Shown here in pieces: positions 38,256 through 47,169 of a stretch of 64,000 nt of DNA. Every line of letters begins with the position of its first letter. Position 1 is the first letter of the stretch. The stretch comes from an uncultured Desulfosarcina sp. Lineage in GTDB: Bacteria; Desulfobacterota; Desulfobacteria; Desulfobacterales; Desulfosarcinaceae. A program made the position numbers and the translations under genes. Location: the NCBI GenBank assembly GCA_963674945.2, contig CAXXWQ010000003.1, forward strand, positions 960,001 through 1,024,000, read 5' to 3'. The notes beneath the pieces were generated by a model. It searched no databases and was not told where the DNA came from. It saw only the letters and a program-made list of their open reading frames with translations.

Positions 38256-40709
38256 CTACTGCAACGCATAGTAGGGAACGCGACCCTTGTAGATTCTGGA
38301 AATCATGCCTTCATTGGAAAGATCCTTCAGACAATGCAGAACACGCTGCTTTTCCTCCTTGATGGATGCCACGATCTCATTTAATCCGAGTACTTTTGCC
38401 TCGTTGCGAAGGTGATTGACGACACGGGTCCGCAAGAATTCATCCATCACCACATCCGTGAACGTCTCGTCAAAAGCCAGCGCATTTCGTGGATCCGAAG
38501 GATAAGTGGTTTCCCAGGGACGCCGCAGGCTTGCCCCCAGTACCCACCGGACCCGTGAATTGTTGAGGGTGTCGTAGACATCTCGGATTTTCGCCTTCAT
38601 GTCGTTGTCCCGTTCGATGGGGCCGAGTTCATCCATCAGGGCCACAAAGCGGTTCACGGCCCTGACCAGTTGTTCCGGTTTGTTCAGGTCGATATGGGCA
38701 AGGGCAATCCGGTCCCTCTCCAGGCCGATGAGGGTGAAAAGCTTTTTGACCAACACCACCCTGCTCCATGTATGATCCAGTCCATAACTGTGATGACACT
38801 CTTCCGCCGGACACCCCAAGAGAAGCAATCCATTGGCACCATCCAGAAACGCCCGCCCCATGACGATTGGATCGAGCTGACCGATACAGTCCACGGGAAG
38901 AAGGTGAAAGCGTTCATTGTATCGCATACCGCGGACACCCGCGTTATCCGCCGCGGCGCCCCCGCCCCAGCGGCACCCGAAACCCATGACTTCATCGTCC
39001 GCAAGGCGGGTGGCCAATGCGTTCACCCGGGCCTCTCTCTGGGTCGTGGTATTGTTCTGGAGTGAAATGGCATGGTAGGGGCACGCCGCCGCGCAGGTCC
39101 CCCCTCCCGTGCAGGTCATGGGATCCACGACACGGGGAATATTCCCTCCCGGCCCCTCCACCGGTTCGATACCGCCACAGTCGCAGATTTCCTTGCACAA
39201 TCCGCACCCGATGCACTTTTCCGGATCCACCGTGCAGACCATGCGTGGCGCAAAGAGTTCTCCTGCACGTGATTTTTTTATGATCTCTGCGGTCTTCTGG
39301 GCCGCTCGCCGGCCCTGCCGCAGGCTTTCCCTCAGGTCGCAGGGGTTTCGTGCCGACCCGGCAAGAAATTTTTCTTCCATGCCTACCTGTTCGGGCCTTA
39401 CCATCTGGGGATTGCGTTCTAGAAAATCGTCTTCATGGATATCCAGGCCCAGGATCTTGGCAACCTTGAGTTGTTCCACCCCCGGGTGCCGTTTGGGGGA
39501 AAGCACGAGTTGATCCCAGGAAAGTTCCCGCTCAATCTGGCTGTCCGGTTCGTCGTAGGTAATATAACCGTCTTGAACCGTTGGCCGCACTTCTCCGTCG
39601 TATGGAATCCACTGGATCTTCAACTTCCTTGCCAGAACACGTTCCGCAGCACTCAAGGGCAGGGAAGCCTTGTCGTTGAATAAAATGGTGACATCGCAGA
39701 ACGCGTTGTTCTCCCTCATGAAGACCGCCATGTTCCAGGCTGTCCGTGCGGAAAGATGTGCGTAGGAACGATCCGCTTCGAAGTCGTTGATCCAGAACAC
39801 GATTCGATGGCCGGGGACGCCGTGGAGCCAGATGTGCTCCTCCATCTCGGTATGGCAGAGGACCCGCCTTCCGTCGTGGCTGAAATCATTCCCCTGGTTG
39901 AGCATCTCTCCGTCCAGGGCGGCGATGATTGCACCGGCCTTGTAAATCCGGGGCAGTTCACTTCCCTCGGATGAAAACGTCACCGCGTAATCGCCCACGG
40001 ACCCCATGACCTGCTCCAACTCGCCCACGGTGATATGCTTGATGAGAGGGCTTGAATCCACCTCTTCCATGATCTTCATGAGGCGGTCATGGTAGGCCCG
40101 TTCCCCCGGATACCGTTCGTGAAGGATCCGGATTTCGTCCTCGATATCCTCGGTCTGAAGGGCCATCAGTGCTTCGATTCCCTCCCGCGCAAACTCTTGG
40201 GCCGCAGAATAGGTCGCAATCCCGCCGCCAAGAATCATCACCGGACCCTGGATGTCCACCTTTTGCACCGTTGATGGCACCAACGCCTTCAACCCGGCGG
40301 CCGAGGCAACGATCAGCTTTGCCGCTTTTTCCGCCAGCGCCTTGGAATCCCCCTCGTTGACCGAGGCAACATGGCCCCTGATGTTGACGACATCGATCTG
40401 TCCTTCGGCCAACCCCATCTCTTCGAGTTCCTTTTCGAACTTTGAAAGCATGATCCGTCGTTCACACCCGGCCACGATCAACCGGTCCAGTTTCTGACGT
40501 TTCACTGCCTTTCGGATTTCGGTCAAACCAGGCAGGGTACAGGAGTAAGGCAGAATCTGGACGGCATCCACTTCCGGGGCGGCCTTTACGATCTTTTTCA
40601 GATGAGCGAGGTCCACGTTCCCGTCTATCTTTCCTCCGCACTCGCACAGGAAAACCCCAAGTTTGGCGCCGTTCACGGTCGCCTTTGTTGCAGTCGTCTT
40701 TTTCTTCAT
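38256..40709 (-). CDS. HdrA-like flavo/Fe-S protein fused to MvhD-like domain and C-terminal helical tail
   Basis: GVFLCECGG, VAGC, GGGIA, CIGCGLCKEIC, CTGGGTCAAACP, MvhD-like GCRW / DCIG / GCPAEECH; start at ATG 40709 with AGGAGG. Confidence 0.8.
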   Translation of the reverse strand: MKKKTTATKATVNGAKLGVFLCECGGKIDGNVDLAHLKKIVKAAPEVDAVQILPYSCTLPGLTEIRKAVKRQKLDRLIVAGCERRIMLSKFEKELEEMGLAEGQIDVVNIRGHVASVNEGDSKALAEKAAKLIVASAAGLKALVPSTVQKVDIQGPVMILGGGIATYSAAQEFAREGIEALMALQTEDIEDEIRILHERYPGERAYHDRLMKIMEEVDSSPLIKHITVGELEQVMGSVGDYAVTFSSEGSELPRIYKAGAIIAALDGEMLNQGNDFSHDGRRVLCHTEMEEHIWLHGVPGHRIVFWINDFEADRSYAHLSARTAWNMAVFMRENNAFCDVTILFNDKASLPLSAAERVLARKLKIQWIPYDGEVRPTVQDGYITYDEPDSQIERELSWDQLVLSPKRHPGVEQLKVAKILGLDIHEDDFLERNPQMVRPEQVGMEEKFLAGSARNPCDLRESLRQGRRAAQKTAEIIKKSRAGELFAPRMVCTVDPEKCIGCGLCKEICDCGGIEPVEGPGGNIPRVVDPMTCTGGGTCAAACPYHAISLQNNTTTQREARVNALATRLADDEVMGFGCRWGGGAAADNAGVRGMRYNERFHLLPVDCIGQLDPIVMGRAFLDGANGLLLLGCPAEECHHSYGLDHTWSRVVLVKKLFTLIGLERDRIALAHIDLNKPEQLVRAVNRFVALMDELGPIERDNDMKAKIRDVYDTLNNSRVRWVLGASLRRPWETTYPSDPRNALAFDETFTDVVMDEFLRTRVVNHLRNEAKVLGLNEIVASIKEEKQRVLHCLKDLSNEGMISRIYKGRVPYYALQ

Positions 40710-40722
40710 CGTCTTTCCTCCT

Positions 40723-41361
40723 TCAGTGGGCGAACCCGCCGCCTGTGCGTTGTGCGACATCACCACGAACCTTGTCGAGACGGGCTTGCATGGCACCCGT
40801 GGGGCAGACCGTGACACAGGCGCCACAGGCGATACAGGCCTGATTGGGAATCATATAGGGCGTGGCGACATGTTTATGGACGCCCCGTGAACCGAACGAT
40901 ATGGCCCGAACGCCAACGACCTCCTGGCAAACGCGGACACACAGGCCGCACAAAAGGCATTCCTCTTCCGGGTTCTCCACCGTAAACCGGGTTTTTTGCA
41001 CCCCGTACTCGGCTGCAAGCTTCTGGACTTCCCTGGATGCGGGACACTCGGCAAGGAGCATCTCCAGTATCCAGCGGCGCACGTTTCGTACACGCTCGGA
41101 GTCCGTCTCGATCGTAAGGCCCTCTTCCGCCGGATACATGCAGGAGATGACCACTTTGGACCTGTCTCCCTGCTTGGCTTCCACCACACAAAGCCGGCAC
41201 GCCCCGCTGGGCTTGACGGCTTCATGGTAACAAAGGGTGGGGATGGGGATATGATAATGTCTGGCCGTCTCCAGGACGGTCCAGCCCTCTTCGGCCTCGA
41301 CCGGCTTTCCATTAATGGTGAAACGGATTTTACCGTCGTTCTTTTTATTTTCTTTGCTCAT
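40723..41361 (-). CDS. NuoG/HoxU-like 2Fe-2S + 2x4Fe-4S subunit
   Basis: IPTLCYH...GACRLCVVE...SC, CLLCGLCVRVC, CIACGACVTVCPTGA. Confidence 0.88.
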   Translation of the reverse strand: MSKENKKNDGKIRFTINGKPVEAEEGWTVLETARHYHIPIPTLCYHEAVKPSGACRLCVVEAKQGDRSKVVISCMYPAEEGLTIETDSERVRNVRRWILEMLLAECPASREVQKLAAEYGVQKTRFTVENPEEECLLCGLCVRVCQEVVGVRAISFGSRGVHKHVATPYMIPNQACIACGACVTVCPTGAMQARLDKVRGDVAQRTGGGFAH

Positions 41362-41372
41362 GATAATCCTCG

Positions 41373-43271
41373 CTATTCCACGATCACTGCGTCGAATTTG
41401 CAGGAGTCCAGGCACATCCCGCAGCGAATACACTGTGCTGCATCGATGCTGTGGGGTTTCTTTTTCTCTCCGGTAATACACTGTGTGGGACAGCCCCTCT
41501 TGCATGTCCCGCAACCGGTGCAGGCATCCGGGTCGATCCGGTAGGTGATCAGGTCTTTGCAGACGCCCGCCGGACACTTGTGCTCCTGGATGTGGGCCTC
41601 GTATTCTTTCCGAAAGTACCGGAGTGTGGTCAGAACGGGGTTGGGGGCGCTACCGCCCAGGGCGCACAGGGACCCGTCCTGAACCGCACGGGCCAGGCTC
41701 TCCAGATCGGCGATATCTTCCACAGTCCCCTTGCCTGCTGCAAACTCATCAAGGAACTGAAGCATGGATTTGAGTCCAAGCCGGCACGGCAGGCATTTTC
41801 CACAGGACTCATCTTCCAGAAAACGAAGGAAATACCGTGCGATATCCACCACACAGTCCTTATCATCCATCACGATCATACCGCCCGACCCCATCATGGA
41901 TCCGGCTTTGGTGAGGGAATCGAAATCAACGGGTGTCTTGGCCAATTCATGGGGAATACAGCCTCCCGAAGGCCCACCGGTCTGGACTGCCTTGAAGTGA
42001 TCCTGATCCGGCACCCCGCCACCAATTTTTTCGACCAGATCCTCCAACGGCATTCCCATGGGTACTTCGACCAGGCCCACATTGTTCACCTTTCCCACCA
42101 GGGAGAAAACTTTGGTACCGGTGCTGGTGGGCACGCCCAGCTTTTTGTACCAGGCCGATCCGTTTTCAATGATGAGCGGGATGTTGCACCAGGTCTCCAC
42201 GTTGTTCAGGACTGTTGGTTTTCCCCAGAGACCTTCCTCTGCGGAGCGAACATACTTTGGCCTGGGTTCGCCCGCCCTCCCCTCGATGGAGGTGAACAGC
42301 GCCGTGGATTCACCGCAGACGAATGCACCGGCCCCCCGGTTGATCTGGACATCAAACGAGAACCCGCTGCCCAGGATATTCTCTCCCAGCAAACCCAGTT
42401 CCCTTGCCTGATCCATGGCGATGGTCAGGTGTTCGATGGCAAGGGGGTACTCGGCACGGATGTACATGAAACCCTGTTTGGATCCCAAGGCATAGGCGCC
42501 GATGATCAGTCCTTCCAGCATCGCATGGGGATCGCCTTCCATCAGCGTTCGGTCCATAAAAGCGCCCGGGTCACCCTCGTCGCCGTTGACCACGACATAG
42601 ACGGTTTCGTTTTTCCGCTGGGCCGCGTCGATGGCGGTCTGCCATTTCCGGCCCGTGGGGAATCCGGCCCCGCCACGGCCCCGAAGTCCGGAGGCCGTCA
42701 CCTCCGAAACCACCTTTTCCGGCTTCATGGAAACCAGTGTCTTGGCAAGCCCCTTGTAAGCGCCGGCCGCAATGCTGTCCCGGATATCCCTGGGATCGAT
42801 ATGGCCGATATGCCGCATCACGATTCGTTGCTGGTGCTTGTAGAAGGGGATTTCCCCATGGTGGGTGATGGGCTCTCCCGTTTTGGGGTCCCGATAGAGC
42901 AATCGCTCCACGGGTTTTCCTTCCACAAGCGTCGACTGAACGATTTCTTGGGCATCTTTCGGTTTGACCTGTTGATAAAAGATACCGGCCGGTTCCATGA
43001 TGACCAGAGGTCCACGGGAGCAAAACCCATGGCATCCCGTGGCCTTGATCTGGGGAATTACCGCAGCGTCGATATTTGCCGCCGCGATCGCCGCATCCAG
43101 GGCTTCGGCCACCTTCGGGCTTCCGTTGGCGCGGCAGCCGGTGCCGTGACATACAATGATGCGGGGCCTCTCCGGGTCCCTCTCCTTCATCAGTTGTTCC
43201 CGGAAGCTCTCCAGCGCTTCCACCGATTCGAGGCGTTCGCCACGAACTTCCGCCGTACTGACTTGAGCCAT
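41373..43271 (-). CDS. nuoF: NuoF/HydB-like NADH-binding flavoprotein
   Basis: SGLRGRGGAGFPTG, NGDEGDPGAFMDR, FVCGE, ESCGKCLPCR, C-terminal 2x4Fe-4S. Confidence 0.93.
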   Translation of the reverse strand: MAQVSTAEVRGERLESVEALESFREQLMKERDPERPRIIVCHGTGCRANGSPKVAEALDAAIAAANIDAAVIPQIKATGCHGFCSRGPLVIMEPAGIFYQQVKPKDAQEIVQSTLVEGKPVERLLYRDPKTGEPITHHGEIPFYKHQQRIVMRHIGHIDPRDIRDSIAAGAYKGLAKTLVSMKPEKVVSEVTASGLRGRGGAGFPTGRKWQTAIDAAQRKNETVYVVVNGDEGDPGAFMDRTLMEGDPHAMLEGLIIGAYALGSKQGFMYIRAEYPLAIEHLTIAMDQARELGLLGENILGSGFSFDVQINRGAGAFVCGESTALFTSIEGRAGEPRPKYVRSAEEGLWGKPTVLNNVETWCNIPLIIENGSAWYKKLGVPTSTGTKVFSLVGKVNNVGLVEVPMGMPLEDLVEKIGGGVPDQDHFKAVQTGGPSGGCIPHELAKTPVDFDSLTKAGSMMGSGGMIVMDDKDCVVDIARYFLRFLEDESCGKCLPCRLGLKSMLQFLDEFAAGKGTVEDIADLESLARAVQDGSLCALGGSAPNPVLTTLRYFRKEYEAHIQEHKCPAGVCKDLITYRIDPDACTGCGTCKRGCPTQCITGEKKKPHSIDAAQCIRCGMCLDSCKFDAVIVE

Positions 43272-43281
43272 TTCTTCCTCC

Positions 43282-43755
43282 TTACTCCGCGGAAAGCTTA
43301 TCGATAACCTTGTTCAACTTCCGGGACGTGACTTGGGACTGGTAGTCCTCATCCACCACCGCCACAGGGGCGAGGGCGCAGGCCCCCAGACAGTTGACCG
43401 TATCCAGGGTAAACTTGAGATCCTCCGTCGTCTCCCCGGGTCTAATGCCAAGTTCCCGGGAAAGATTGTCAACCAGACGCTGGCCGCCCTTGAGATGGCA
43501 TGCGGTGCCAAGGCAAACCTTGATTTCGTGCTCTCCCCTCGGTTCCAGACTGAATGACTTGTAGAAGGTGGCCACGGCCCACGCCTGGGTAACCGGAACA
43601 CCGACGTGATCACAGACCAGGGTCATGTTCTCCTTCGAAATGTAGTTGTACTCTGCCTGCACATCCTGCAGCAAAGCGATGAGATACCGCGATTCACCCG
43701 GGTAACTCTCAAGAATCGTGTCAATATCCTTGGCTTCTGGTTTCACGTCTTTCAT
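43282..43755 (-). CDS. nuoE: NuoE/HydC-like 2Fe-2S subunit
   Basis: VATFY, VCLGTACHLKG, CLGACALAP. Confidence 0.93.
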   Translation of the reverse strand: MKDVKPEAKDIDTILESYPGESRYLIALLQDVQAEYNYISKENMTLVCDHVGVPVTQAWAVATFYKSFSLEPRGEHEIKVCLGTACHLKGGQRLVDNLSRELGIRPGETTEDLKFTLDTVNCLGACALAPVAVVDEDYQSQVTSRKLNKVIDKLSAE

Positions 43756-43823
43756 CCTTTCTCATGGAAGGGTGGTTTCACGAAGGGGCGCCGGCCCCGA
43801 ACCGTTTCTGAACCATAGTATGG

Positions 43824-43838
43824 GCAAAATGCATGCCT
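43824..43838 (-). promoter_or_regulatory. sigma54 -24/-12 promoter of the nuoE-like operon
   Basis: Minus strand AGGCATGCATTTTGC = GG-N10-GC. Confidence 0.7.
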
Positions 43839-43902
43839 CATTCTTAACATGTTGTTTTAAAATGGTTTTTCTATTTTTCCACAGCCCGCTGTTTACAAAA
43901 TC

Positions 43903-43920
43903 TGTTTCACACCTGAAACA
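43903..43920. promoter_or_regulatory. putative enhancer (UAS) palindrome
   Basis: TGTTTCA-CACC-TGAAACA; more TGTTTC/GAAACA half-sites up to about 44128. Confidence 0.6.
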
Positions 43921-44139
43921 TTTCATTTCGCATCTTAGTCCTATTATCTTGATTTTAAAGGATATAAATCCATTTCAAGATAAGGATGTTTCAATTAAAC
44001 AAAAAATCGAACCTGAAACATCAAAACCGGAAAAATGAAACAAAAATATCGAAAAAAGAAACAACGGATGTGTTTCGGCTGGTGAATTATCTCGAAAGGA
44101 TGTGGTTGGCTGGTTTACATTGAAACAAAAAAGATAGGA

Positions 44140-45846
44140 TCAAGCAAGACCGTGGGTTTTCATCTTACGCCAGAGGGTGCTTCGGCTGATGCCCAACATG
44201 GCAGCGGCGACGGACCGTCGTCCTTCGGCCTTTTCCAGGGCCCGCTGGACGGTTATTTTTTCGTCTTCCCAGGTATCGGATTTCGCGGATGCGGTCGAGC
44301 CGCTTGGATTGGGAGCACCAAGGCCCTCCAGTCTGGGAATATGAGAGGCGGTGATGATGGGCCCTTTGACAAACACGAAGGCGTGCTCGATGGCATGTTT
44401 CAACTCCCTGACGTTGCCCGGCCAGGGATACCCGCGAAACAGGCGAAGTACCTTTGGATCCACCCCACGGACTTTCTTGCCGGTCTTTTGATTAAATAGA
44501 TTGACAAAATAATCGGTGAGAAGGGAAATGTCCGTCCCCCGTTCCCGCAGGGGGGGGATAAAAATCGGGACTGTGCGTAATCGGTAGTAAAGATCCTCGC
44601 GAAACCGTCCCCTTTTCACCTCTTTCGCCAGGCTCTTGTTCGTTGCCACGATGATGCGTGAATCCATGCGGATCGGCCGGTTCCCTCCCACCCGTTCGAA
44701 CACGCGTTCTTCAAGGACACGCAGCAGCTTTATCTGAATCTCCGGCTTGATTTCACCCACCTCATCGAGAAACAGGGTTCCCCCCTTGGCCAGTTCAAAT
44801 CGGCCGACCTTGTTGTTCAACGCACCGGTAAAGGCGGCCTTAACATGGCCAAAAAGCTCGGATTCGAGAAGGGTCTCGGCCAGGGCGCTGCAGTTGACCG
44901 CCACGAAAGGACTCGAGGGCCGAGAGCCTTGCGCGTGAATGGCCTTTGCCACCAGCTCCTTTCCCGTGCCCGATTCCCCCTCGATCAGCACCGTGGCATC
45001 GGATGCGGCCAAATCCGGAATCATGTTCAAGACCTTGACGAGAATGGGACTTCGGCCGATGATCTGTCCCGGACGGTTGTCAAAAGTGATCCCCTCGGAT
45101 TCGGATGGACCGAGCTGGGCGATGGGTCGAAAGCTCTCAACCGCCCCCATCACGAGCCCGTGCTTATTTTCGATGACCGACGTGTTCACCAGAATGGACT
45201 GCGCCGTTCCCCCTTTGTTCACGATGCGCACATCCTGATCCATGGTCACTACGCCGGTCTCCATGGTCACCCGTAAGGGGCAGTTACTCTTGCATAGATC
45301 GCTGCGGAAGATGTCCCAGCAGTTTCGGCCCAACACCTCCTCGGGTCGAAATCCCGTGATCTCCTGGGCCCTTCGGTTAAAAGACATGATCCGCCATCGG
45401 GTATTGATGGTAAAGACCCCTTCCGCCAGATGCTCGAACAGGGCATCATTCTCCCAGACAGGGTACATCAGCCTTTCCGGCTTATCCGGTTTGGATGGCA
45501 CCGTATCGATAAAGGTCAAAAGGACCCCGATCAATCGGTCCTCCCCATAGACGGGATTCATTGAAAACGTGATGGAAACCGGAAACCCGGAGTTCAGATG
45601 AACCTGTGCCGTCAGATTCGACCGAGAGTGTCCCTTAAGGGCATCGTTCCAGGCCTGTTTTGCATCCGCACGGCAATCCTCGGAAATGATCTCATCGAAA
45701 AGGAAAGGACGGCCCCGATCGAGGCTTCGCTGAAGCAGGCGCTCCGCCTGGAGGTTGGCCGACATAATCCGGCAATCAGGAGAGAGCACGACCACCCCGT
45801 CCCCTTCCGGAAAATCATTATAATCGATCCTCTCGATGTCTGTCAC
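44140..45846 (-). CDS. sigma54-dependent activator with two PAS domains
   Basis: [31 protein letters not shown], Fis HTH; start uncertain (45846-45945). Confidence 0.92.
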   Translation of the reverse strand: MTDIERIDYNDFPEGDGVVVLSPDCRIMSANLQAERLLQRSLDRGRPFLFDEIISEDCRADAKQAWNDALKGHSRSNLTAQVHLNSGFPVSITFSMNPVYGEDRLIGVLLTFIDTVPSKPDKPERLMYPVWENDALFEHLAEGVFTINTRWRIMSFNRRAQEITGFRPEEVLGRNCWDIFRSDLCKSNCPLRVTMETGVVTMDQDVRIVNKGGTAQSILVNTSVIENKHGLVMGAVESFRPIAQLGPSESEGITFDNRPGQIIGRSPILVKVLNMIPDLAASDATVLIEGESGTGKELVAKAIHAQGSRPSSPFVAVNCSALAETLLESELFGHVKAAFTGALNNKVGRFELAKGGTLFLDEVGEIKPEIQIKLLRVLEERVFERVGGNRPIRMDSRIIVATNKSLAKEVKRGRFREDLYYRLRTVPIFIPPLRERGTDISLLTDYFVNLFNQKTGKKVRGVDPKVLRLFRGYPWPGNVRELKHAIEHAFVFVKGPIITASHIPRLEGLGAPNPSGSTASAKSDTWEDEKITVQRALEKAEGRRSVAAAMLGISRSTLWRKMKTHGLA

Positions 45847-45862
45847 TCGACCTTCTGCCTTA

Positions 45863-46135
45863 TCAGTTTCCAAGTTTGATTCCCCGAGTCTGGAAGTCAC
45901 CATCCGTGAGCAGCGATGAAATATTCCAGCATAGCCGCCGGACAACGGATGAATCCAGGCCGGCTTCCAAGACTTTGTTGCCTTCTTTGTACCCTCTTTT
46001 CTCAGCCAGTCGCACCATGGCCTTCAGATCTTCCAGGGCCTTATCATCTTTTTCTTTCATGCCCTGATCATAAAGAAGGCAGAGGGTATTCACCCGGACG
46101 ACGGAACATCTCCTGCAAAACTTATCCTCTTCCAT
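45863..46135 (-). CDS. small hypothetical protein
   Basis: RBS-like AAGGGGA; co-oriented directly upstream of the activator. Confidence 0.5.
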   Translation of the reverse strand: MEEDKFCRRCSVVRVNTLCLLYDQGMKEKDDKALEDLKAMVRLAEKRGYKEGNKVLEAGLDSSVVRRLCWNISSLLTDGDFQTRGIKLGN

Positions 46136-46516
46136 TCAAAATCATTCCCCTTCGTATGATCGGTTGCTGTAATCTCTTTCTGCCCATCTGTCACCGGGAT
46201 GGGGCGCAAACCGCAAAACACTGCAAAGGGTGCAGTGGCCGTTTGTTTTAAACAAGCATTAACAATCTTTTAAAGGGATGTAAACGAGAATCAAAATCCG
46301 AACAAACGCAAACCATTGACATATCAGAATCGACGACCGAAGAGCCCCGGGAAAGCCGTGCTATCTGATGATGGGCAATCCGACGACGATTTGGTCGGAA
46401 ATGCGTATTGACTGCCATGGAGAATCTGCCCTACAATTTCGATGTGGGTTATAGATCGATATCTACAACAGAAGGTCGTCATCCCCTGTATCAATTGTAT
46501 AAAAAGGAGATAAAAA

Positions 46517-46753
46517 TTGAAAAAAAGAGTGATATGGTTTGCTGCAGCGCTGTTCATATTCAGCTCCCTGCTCTCCTCCTGTACAAAGAGTGACACCGAT
46601 GAAACAGAAAAGGGAGCGATTGACAGGATGACCGAAGAGGCCGGAAAAGAGATGGCGGACAGAATTACAGACCCGATTGAAAAAGCCCGTAACGCGAAAG
46701 AACTGACGGAGAAGCATAACCGCGACACGGAAAAAGACCTAAAAACAGAGTGA
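46517..46753 (+). CDS. small lipoprotein
   Basis: AAGGAG RBS; lipobox LSSC. Confidence 0.7.
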   Translation: MKKRVIWFAAALFIFSSLLSSCTKSDTDETEKGAIDRMTEEAGKEMADRITDPIEKARNAKELTEKHNRDTEKDLKTE

Positions 46754-46855
46754 CCGGTTAAAATTGTTACGATATTTTTATAGACGCTGTGTATACTTCA
46801 TTCTGCTGCCATTATGACTCGCATAAAAAACCTACGACAAACAGCTTCATGAAAA

Positions 46856-47034
46856 AGTCTGTCCAGAAATAGGCAAATTGGGTTGAGATCAAGGCGCGCG
46901 AAAAATCTTACCGGAGGTGCCCGAAGGAAATGCCCCTGGGGTGCATATGGTTGATATTCCGAGGATAAAATTTTTCGCGCAACAAAGATATCGGCCCAAG
47001 CTACAATTGAACTGGCCTTTTCCGGGTGAGCACT
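46856..47034. mobile_element. MITE/REP-like element, copy 2
   Basis: Near-identical core to 21238..21408. Confidence 0.8.
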
Positions 47035-47169
47035 GTTTAACTTTTACCACGTCATCGGGTCTCCAGGTCTGGTCGAAGAATTCAACGCCGGTACCGTACA
47101 GGCGAATACAAACGACGAAATTCCGACCTTCGACAGACTGTATCCAATTCGTACGTTTTGATTGGACTG

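Noticed and set aside
41451..43307. 618-aa plus-strand ORF
   Set aside because: Antisense shadow of the nuoF-like gene
46195..46250. c-di-GMP-I riboswitch (GCAAA motifs)
   Set aside because: The P2/P3 stems could not be built convincingly
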